DNA from: a virus
Lineage: Duplodnaviria > Caudoviricetes
DNA length: 64,000 nt
Direction: 5' to 3' (one strand)
Virus record (IMG/VR): IMGVR_UViG_3300030376_005986
Coordinates: 1,929-65,928 of that record
Shown: positions 58,901 to 64,000 of the stretch, piece by piece
How positions within the stretch are numbered: the first letter of the stretch is position 1
Layout of the letters: the number at the start of each line of letters is the position of its first letter
Position numbers and translations under genes: made by a program
The notes under the pieces: model-generated
The model's database searches: none
What the model was told of the DNA's origin: nothing
What the model saw: only the letters and a program-made list of their open reading frames with translations

Positions 58901-59444
58901 TCTTATTCGCTAAATCAGGTGTTGAATCAAAATACCAGTATAAAGGCTCGTTGTAATTATTTGTGAAAACAATATTATTACCTAATTGAGATGCTTTAAA
59001 TTTAGTTGTACTGTAATCAGCAGAAGTTCCTTCTCCATAACCAGCCCCTCCATTATCTCCTATTAATACCCAGTTCCTAGATCTTTGATTAAGTGCATAT
59101 ACCCTGCTTTTAGTTGCTGCTATCAGCTTACGGGAACCTCCTCCACTTTCAAATTCATAGAGCATTGTTATGTGCTCTCTAATATTATTAGTAGGGTTCT
59201 GTTTAGATCCTAATTGGTCATGAAGATCACTGTTGTTTTTAATAGTCCCGCCAACATTATAATTACCATCATCAAATAATGGCTTAAGACCTCCAGCTCT
59301 CTTTAAACGACCAGCCCCGTCTACCCTAAAGTTTTTTACATACCTGAATTGCTTCTCACTTAAAAGATCAAGAGGCGTGAAAGAATTCATAGGCCCAGTT
59401 AAAGGGCTTACGGGAACATCCTTAAACTTTGGTAGCCTTGGCAT
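55959..59444 (-). CDS. Tail nozzle N-terminal part (P22 gp10-like beta-propeller) with a modular C-terminal extension (1161 aa)
   Basis: Propeller-like blades (FKASQLGNNIVFTN, YKGFMFLA, KVQWSD, LGDHLMIYKERSIW), then repeated G.GIP.(N/G)T.V modules. Confidence 0.6.
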   Translation of the reverse strand: MPRLPKFKDVPVSPLTGPMNSFTPLDLLSEKQFRYVKNFRVDGAGRLKRAGGLKPLFDDGNYNVGGTIKNNSDLHDQLGSKQNPTNNIREHITMLYEFESGGGSRKLIAATKSRVYALNQRSRNWVLIGDNGGAGYGEGTSADYSTTKFKASQLGNNIVFTNNYNEPLYWYFDSTPDLANKNLLQNIPDLVKLKITKVNYIAEYKGFMFLADLEENTTQQIAKVQWSDYVDATSYYPSTASLSGQQTVGDIGEAIIGMAVLGDHLMIYKERSIWRCSLVSSANLFVFKQIYQGENTPFYTDTLISAGDSHFYMAEAGIYRISVSDIRPVRIDWIHNASGIIYNKEMISAEDASGPRHVTGGIKSVSIPQSGVIAQVSGCSDNDPVISAHPGNLTINGNPCSIASYTGDATLSVATSSGREPFTYQWQVSLVSAVVGSCTTTNLSNVVISNDQMLCYSDGLIPTSSIIVGGPITGTGIPSNTVVSSIIDSTSFTISNNANATGTNNLTFGTGYVNIPNQNSSSFKINKPTSAEVNNKKYRVNVANEDKPEGVNSNDSTVTLAGQSSAPSFTSIPSSQTVEVGDTVYIEARWCTSATSLAWQSKASGGSYANVTYGNQSSGVNNGSHISRKDGMVAPSGNTAGYYFSRLAIKDIKSSASGAAYRISVINSGGSAATNSTNNTCDTDNTAATEANGKDPKRIQCDSTANIIVGQTVTGSGIPANTTVQSIIDSGSFIISNPVTATANNVTLTFETVITVIAVPSSSVDGASGKETITAGGSLESQDFHGESRSVMPNETVGYSLKEVGGTILGSTELAKNSRVRQGGGSFEVEHKPFTVKAMGGTPDYIFQWYSNVDTGGVSINMESPPSPGSGASITVLPLPTKLKSGSKVKWVNTDIADDPTATLTLTADSDAGATTITGNLVGTLANDLVSERFWDSSSELLISDHKDSTCDIVNHTKQCTVTLDSSAITCTEDANILKGMTVSGTGIPDKTYIEKITTDSGTSTITLSSEATQAGTPTLNFIKNKITCDSNANIRVGDTINSQSSIGIPSGTVVTAITGGSAGAVTEFEVDNFPNEAGNNKAITFTPESAHTYFQKEITTSYKNDTTTLSLRVADHDSISFKGVNKVGVETQYRCIITDSASTPAEIISNPFHIEIFREI

Positions 59445-59445
59445 A

Positions 59446-60195
59446 TTAATTATCTGAACTATGAACCCCTGTGTATATTAAAAATCTTACTGCAATTCCG
59501 GGTTGAACAACTGATATTGGCTGAGACTCAAACCCTCCAGCAGCATCTTCATCCCCGCCAGCATCAGAAAATAATTCTTTAACTCTGCTCCAACCAGCAT
59601 CACCTCGACCATCACCAAAATGATCTCTTCTTCTTTGCCCCGGATTAATTGGATTATATTGCTCATCATGCCAAACTTTAAGGTCAGCATATTGTTCGTT
59701 ATAATGATTATGAGGAGGAAGCATAGCTTGAGTCATCTCTACACTCTCCGTTCCAACTGTAGACCCTAAAGCATAAGATGAAAAACCAACTGCTTGATCA
59801 GCGGCAGGATTGGCTCCAATTAGCACATGAGCCCTAAAGTCTGGAACATTGAATGTAGTACTTCCGTCTCCACTACCGTGGTCAGTTCCAATTACTGAAA
59901 AAAGACCAGCATATGTCACTCTACTTACAGACTGACCACTGCATTCAAGCCATCCATCGGAAACATTTGTTGAAACATTAGATTTTATATCACCTACTGA
60001 CCATATTCCAGTATTAGATAATAAATCTTTTGCAAACTCTTTTGATGGATTCCCTTCTGCGTCTAAAATATAATTAATAAAATTATACAGTTTACTTGGC
60101 AAGGCAAGTAGCACTGCTTTAAACCTGTCGCACAGTGTTGCCGACGAGGTTAATACTAGGTTTGAAAAATCACTTGGTTTACTTGGTGATGGCAT
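59446..60195 (-). CDS. Phage tail collar domain protein
   Basis: VGDIKS...GWLECSGQSVSRVTYAGLFSVIGT..GDGSTTFNVPDFR. Confidence 0.85.
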   Translation of the reverse strand: MPSPSKPSDFSNLVLTSSATLCDRFKAVLLALPSKLYNFINYILDAEGNPSKEFAKDLLSNTGIWSVGDIKSNVSTNVSDGWLECSGQSVSRVTYAGLFSVIGTDHGSGDGSTTFNVPDFRAHVLIGANPAADQAVGFSSYALGSTVGTESVEMTQAMLPPHNHYNEQYADLKVWHDEQYNPINPGQRRRDHFGDGRGDAGWSRVKELFSDAGGDEDAAGGFESQPISVVQPGIAVRFLIYTGVHSSDN

Positions 60196-60197
60196 AT

Positions 60198-60398
60198 CTA
60201 TTCTCCGCTTTCTATTTTATGTTCTAAATTAACAATAACCCTGAGTGCATCATCAACAAAATGACGCGACTCAGGGCTAGCATTTACAGCATCCTTAAAT
60301 CCTTTAGGATGTTTCTTTATCAGATCGTGAGCGTTCTCGTACTTCGTCATCACGCACCCGTTCGCTAGGGTGAGTAATAGCATTAGCAATGGCATCAT
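60198..60398 (-). CDS. o-spanin-like lipoprotein (probable start 60398)
   Basis: MMPLLMLLLTLANGC lipobox; start embedded in the upstream gene. Confidence 0.65.
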   Translation of the reverse strand: MMPLLMLLLTLANGCVMTKYENAHDLIKKHPKGFKDAVNASPESRHFVDDALRVIVNLEHKIESGE

Positions 60399-60531
60399 CA
60401 ATATACTTGAGTTTTTCATCACGCCTACTATTCGCCTCTGATCTTCTAAGGGCATTTTCAATTTGCTTAGCTATCCCTTTTAAAGCAGGGATCAATGCTA
60501 TAGCTTTTAAGATTGAAAAGATAACACCCAC
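60304..60531 (-). CDS. i-spanin-like protein
   Basis: N-terminal hydrophobic helix plus charged coiled coil, overlapping the lipoprotein gene. Confidence 0.55.
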   Translation of the reverse strand: MGVIFSILKAIALIPALKGIAKQIENALRRSEANSRRDEKLKYIDDAIANAITHPSERVRDDEVRERSRSDKETS

Positions 60532-60537
60532 TTAAAC

Positions 60538-60699
60538 TTACTTGTCTGACTTGTTGATTCCATGTCTCAAGAAAATGGCGAGCAACGAAGTTATAACTAC
60601 GTTAGCTGCTGCACCTAATTCTAGATCACCTGTAAAATAAGCAGCTACCCCGCCTATTGCTCCAGTGATACCAGTCCATAATGTCTTTGATTTTAACAT
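60538..60699 (-). CDS. Holin-like two-TM protein (53 aa; not in track)
   Basis: MLKSKTLWTGITGAIGGVAAYFTGDLELGAAANVVITSLLAIFLRHGINKSDK. Confidence 0.6.
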   Translation of the reverse strand: MLKSKTLWTGITGAIGGVAAYFTGDLELGAAANVVITSLLAIFLRHGINKSDK

Positions 60700-60703
60700 T
60701 TAT

Positions 60704-60868
60704 CTATTTTCCTTCTTTTATTAGTCTATATAACTTAACACCAACATAAGCCAGTGTTACCAAACTTATGAGCAATTTGACACCAATGTCAATTTGCTCA
60801 ACGAAATGATTGCCGACCCCCAGTGTGCCAGCACCAATGATTTTAATATCTTCAATCGAAATTCGCAT
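60704..60868 (-). CDS. Small membrane protein, holin/antiholin-like (54 aa; not in track)
   Basis: ...IDIGVKLLISLVTLAYVGVKLYRLIKEGK. Confidence 0.55.
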   Translation of the reverse strand: MRISIEDIKIIGAGTLGVGNHFVEQIDIGVKLLISLVTLAYVGVKLYRLIKEGK

Positions 60869-60923
60869 GTTCTTTTAATTAAGTATATCACAAACTAAGG
60901 GGTCAGCTAATCAGTGTAGAACC

Positions 60924-61163
60924 TTACCCTTGATCAGGCATCGCGATACTTGTATCGCCGTCGCCTTTATCTCCTTTTTCCAATTCTTGGATAAAAGTAG
61001 CTAAGCTACGGGCTGATTCTTGAATGACCTGATGGTCTCTAGCAGGCAATAGGGCCGATTGTGCCGCTTGGAACAATGTTGCTACCTGTTGCTGCGCGGA
61101 TTGGAACTTATTTTCTTCGTCCATAAGCAAGTTTATTGTATTAAAAAAAACATAATCAAACAA
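60924..61163 (-). CDS. Hypothetical protein
   Basis: ORF track; likely starts at MDEENK. Confidence 0.5.
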   Translation of the reverse strand: MFDYVFFNTINLLMDEENKFQSAQQQVATLFQAAQSALLPARDHQVIQESARSLATFIQELEKGDKGDGDTSIAMPDQG

Positions 61164-61169
61164 GTAATA

Positions 61170-61445
61170 CTACTGTTTCTTATTTTTTGTTTTTCTTTTA
61201 GTGTTCGATACTCTCTTAGGTCTACCTGATGGTTGGCCTAATCGTTTCTTTTCACTAATTTTTTTCTTCTTCTCTGATGAAGACATTTCACCGCTTGTCT
61301 TAGGAGTAGATGCGTTTACACGTTTAGACGGGCGGCAATATGGGGTTCCTCGTTTCTCTCCTTTGGATCTTCCACATGCCTTCCCAGTCTTAACGTCTTT
61401 CCACTTCTCCTTGTGCCAACGCCTTAAGCCTCCAGAGTAAGCCAT
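61170..61445 (-). CDS. Small basic protein (91 aa)
   Basis: GLRRWHKEKWKDVKTGKACGR....PYCRPSKRV..TPKT; K/R-rich. Confidence 0.6.
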   Translation of the reverse strand: MAYSGGLRRWHKEKWKDVKTGKACGRSKGEKRGTPYCRPSKRVNASTPKTSGEMSSSEKKKKISEKKRLGQPSGRPKRVSNTKRKTKNKKQ

Positions 61446-61606
61446 TATCTCCAGCCTCCTCCCATCTCCTTATATCTTTTAGCAGCATAGCTATTTGAAT
61501 AAGCAGATGGATGCACTTTATATTTACTCTTAGCTTCTGATTGAGCTTTAGACCAAAGCGCAGGTTTAGTTGGTTTAGGTTTACTCTGTTTCTTCTTCGT
61601 TGCCAT
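61445..61606 (-). CDS. Basic microprotein (53 aa; not in track)
   Basis: MATKKKQSKPKPTKPALWSKAQSEAKSKYKVHPSAYSNSYAAKRYKEMGGGWR; TAATG coupling. Confidence 0.65.
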   Translation of the reverse strand: MATKKKQSKPKPTKPALWSKAQSEAKSKYKVHPSAYSNSYAAKRYKEMGGGWR

Positions 61607-61663
61607 TAGTCTCCTTTACAGTTACCCTGACAAGTTACATCGAAACAATGTGGGTTATCACAT

Positions 61664-62074
61664 TTATTCTCCATCTGATGTGTCCTCATCTACTTCTTCC
61701 ACATCAACAACTGGCTCAGGAGCAGGTATTGGCTCAGGCTCAGGTGTTGGTTCGACAGTGGTATCAACAGTTATCTCTGGAGACTCAAAGTCCTCCACGT
61801 TTTTAGGTTGAGCTTTCTGTGCCTCAATCTGAGAATCCAGAGAAGCAATCCACTTGTTGTCAGCAGCGAACTGTGACACTAGAGCGTTTGCTTGTTCCTT
61901 AAACTCATTAAGCATAGGCATACTATCCATTGGATATTGGTAAACCCCGTCAATGTATGAACTGTTCCCTTCTTCGTCTGTTGCTGTTAGCCCTATGACC
62001 ACTTCGCATACGCAGTTAGGGTCATTCGATTTGTGGCGAGGTTCTAGCCTCACGCATTTGTATGTATTAGACAT
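61664..62074 (-). CDS. Hypothetical acidic protein (136 aa)
   Basis: ORF track; PEPE tail. Confidence 0.55.
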   Translation of the reverse strand: MSNTYKCVRLEPRHKSNDPNCVCEVVIGLTATDEEGNSSYIDGVYQYPMDSMPMLNEFKEQANALVSQFAADNKWIASLDSQIEAQKAQPKNVEDFESPEITVDTTVEPTPEPEPIPAPEPVVDVEEVDEDTSDGE

Positions 62075-62092
62075 TATTGTTTATCTTTCTGT

Positions 62093-62719
62093 TTAGCTTG
62101 TTGCTTGTGTGTCTACTGGTTCTATTGTAGAAGCCAGCATTTGTGTAAATTTTGCAAGTCCTTCCGCTGGTGGATTTTGTGTAGCTTCCACATCAATAGA
62201 ATAACGAGCAGAGAAGTCTGTTGATCTAGTGTTTTCAGAATGTGATGTAACTGTTCCAGTATGTGAATTGGAATGGCTACCTCCAGCTTCAAAACCTACT
62301 CCCCAGAAGTGACCGCTTACAGATGCATGAACTTCAGACTCTGAATGATCCACTTGTTTATTGTCGTGAGACTCTGTGTTTTGGGAATGACTTTTAACCT
62401 CCATATCAAAATGAACTTTAACATCAGAGATACTCAAGTTAGGTATAGTGACCATTGTTAACAAAGGCATTTTCACCATCTGCTTTAATGGTTTGGTTTG
62501 ACCTTTAATAAGCCGTTCAACTTCAACATCAACGGTACGGGTTTTGGTTTTTTTTGGATCATCTTTATCTGGCTCGAAGCCGATTGACGATACGAAATCG
62601 AGGGTTACGGCTGCTAATTTCTTCTGTCCTTTAGCTGCTGAAACGAGTGGGTCTACGATCAGTTCGGCTATAGGTAGCCCCTGAAAGTCTTTTAGTTGTT
62701 TATCGTCTGCTCCTGGCAT
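62093..62719 (-). CDS. DUF2589 family protein
   Basis: FQGLPIAELIVDPLVSAAKGQKKLAAVTLDFVSSIGF...MPLLTMVTIPNLSISDVKVHFDMEV...ARYSIDVEA. Confidence 0.7.
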   Translation of the reverse strand: MPGADDKQLKDFQGLPIAELIVDPLVSAAKGQKKLAAVTLDFVSSIGFEPDKDDPKKTKTRTVDVEVERLIKGQTKPLKQMVKMPLLTMVTIPNLSISDVKVHFDMEVKSHSQNTESHDNKQVDHSESEVHASVSGHFWGVGFEAGGSHSNSHTGTVTSHSENTRSTDFSARYSIDVEATQNPPAEGLAKFTQMLASTIEPVDTQATS

Positions 62720-62729
62720 AATGATTTAT

Positions 62730-63119
62730 TTATATTGTTGGTATTAGTTTTATTAGGTTATCCCCAATACGAGCCATGCCTTCTGCTTGATCCGTACTGG
62801 AAAATTTTATCTTTACGTTAGCCATCTTGGATTTCCTTAGCTTACCCAAACAGCCAACTGCTTTGTCTCCGTCATGGTCAAGGTTCACCTGTAGATCAAC
62901 CTCGCATGATTCTATTTTTAGTGTGTTATGAGGAACCAGTACGAACAATGGAGCTTCTACATCTTTATCGTTAAGCCTCATCTTCACTGTCTTAGCTGAT
63001 CCGTCCTCATTAAAGTACCCTTCCCTTATATTATTAGAGAGAGATTCCTCCACTGATTTCTGAGCCTGTACCACTGCTGAGTACAAACTATCGAATATGT
63101 TCTGTAATTCTCCTGCCAT
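62730..63119 (-). CDS. DUF2589 family protein (short paralogue)
   Basis: LYSAVVQAQKSVE...YFNEDG...VEAPLFVLVPHNTLKIESCEVDL. Confidence 0.65.
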   Translation of the reverse strand: MAGELQNIFDSLYSAVVQAQKSVEESLSNNIREGYFNEDGSAKTVKMRLNDKDVEAPLFVLVPHNTLKIESCEVDLQVNLDHDGDKAVGCLGKLRKSKMANVKIKFSSTDQAEGMARIGDNLIKLIPTI

Positions 63120-63123
63120 TTTC

Positions 63124-64000
63124 TTATCCTATTACTGTAACGTATATGTACCCGTTAAAACTTCCAAGACCATCAAAATCAAAAGAGACATGGTTGCTAC
63201 TTTTAGTTCCGCTTGAGTCACATGGAATGCAAGCAAAATCAGAACTAGCTAAATCTAAAAATTCTCCATTATTACCACTATCAGTAAATCTATCCTGTAA
63301 AGAGGAAGCACTGTTTGAATCAAAACCATGTCTCGCTTGGACAATTATTTGATCTGTTCCTAAATTATGTTGTAACGTGTAATATTGAGTAGTGGCTGTG
63401 TTTACCGAAATGTATGAGGAGTATTTTTTTGGAACAGACTTACCGTCAGATGTTATACTGCCCGTAACAGCTAAACTCCCAGATGAATAAAGAGTCATTT
63501 TTGGGACGTCAGCGATGTACCATTTATGGTATCCCGAACTGCCAGTCTTTAAATGGTATAACTCGTTACCAGCACTGACGTTTCTGATTTTAAAAATACC
63601 ACCATCAGATTTCAGGTCTATCATTGTTCCGCCAGCACCAGTGGCAATTAACCGAGCTGTCGCAACTGCGTCTTGAGCCGCAATAATTCCGAGAACGTGG
63701 ACATTGTAACTAGGAGATAAACCGAACCCAGTAAAGTTACCTGAAGAAAGTTGTCGGATTGTAGAGTTTCCTAAAGCCGTTGAGCCTGTGAATTTAGGAA
63801 GGTAGTGTTGAGTTCCAGATCCACTGAATCCTCCTCCTCCTCCTCCTCCACCTCCGCTTGCCGCCGCCCAATAGACATCCGAGCCGTTGGTGTGCAGTAC
63901 ATGAGTGTTAGTCCCTAAGCTGCCGTCTTTGTCTTTTATTCCCCCGTCAAATTCTGCTGCACCAGAAAAATAGCTAGTGCCTTCAACCTTTAATCCTTTG
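63124..64000 (-). CDS. Tail fibre C-terminal part (partial; frame is open from the window end, longer than the 166-aa track call)
   Basis: My translation from 63999: KGLKVEGTSYFSGAAEFDGGIKDKDGSLG...SGGGGGGGFSGSGTQHYLPKF... continues in frame into MIDLKSDGG. Confidence 0.7.
   Translation of the reverse strand, partial: KGLKVEGTSYFSGAAEFDGGIKDKDGSLGTNTHVLHTNGSDVYWAAASGGGGGGGGGFSGSGTQHYLPKFTGSTALGNSTIRQLSSGNFTGFGLSPSYNVHVLGIIAAQDAVATARLIATGAGGTMIDLKSDGGIFKIRNVSAGNELYHLKTGSSGYHKWYIADVPKMTLYSSGSLAVTGSITSDGKSVPKKYSSYISVNTATTQYYTLQHNLGTDQIIVQARHGFDSNSASSLQDRFTDSGNNGEFLDLASSDFACIPCDSSGTKSSNHVSFDFDGLGSFNGYIYVTVIG

Noticed and set aside
63830-63860. (CCT)n microsatellite
   Set aside because: It simply encodes a poly-Gly hinge in the tail fibre.
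1-64000. Window ends join in frame (…GTN-A-KGLKVE…), suggesting an exactly circular 64-kb genome
   Set aside because: Phase compatibility has a 1-in-3 chance; no terminal repeat is visible and the window length is arbitrary. Only near-completeness is inferred.
1-64000. CRISPR array, tRNA/rRNA genes, reverse transcriptase/DGR, transposase
   Set aside because: No regularly spaced repeats, cloverleaf with T-loop motif, YxDD RT or DDE motifs noticed; a manual scan may miss divergent tRNAs.
1-64000. Stop-codon reassignment
   Set aside because: Standard code gives dense gene tiling, including a 13-kb ORF and intact conserved enzymes.

Overview
AT-rich tailed dsDNA phage, probably most of one genome, with a podovirus-like architecture: portal, scaffold, capsid, gp10-like nozzle and ejection proteins, and no tape measure or sheath gene recognised. 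Two transcription blocks are visible. A minus-strand late block (17309->1 and 64000->37900) carries the structural and lysis genes, including a 4353-aa virion protein, with terL inverted inside it. A plus-strand early/replication block (17517-37922) carries an HTH initiator with iteron-like repeats, DnaB, a Sak4-like ATPase, exonuclease, SSB and a tyrosine recombinase. The stand-out feature is an apparently complete phage-encoded ubiquitin-like conjugation operon at 24047-29406. It comprises a tandem di-Ubl whose units both end ETAANSKA, a Prok-E2_D-like E2, a ThiF-like E1 and a JAB protease, interrupted by an HNH endonuclease. Other notable items: a ~650-nt densely base-paired ORF-free element (candidate large ncRNA), a G-quadruplex motif at the module boundary, a dual-frame RusA-like locus with a slippery site, a degenerate ABC-ATPase fragment, and a DUF2589 gene pair. 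All family assignments come from motifs read by eye; no database searches were run.
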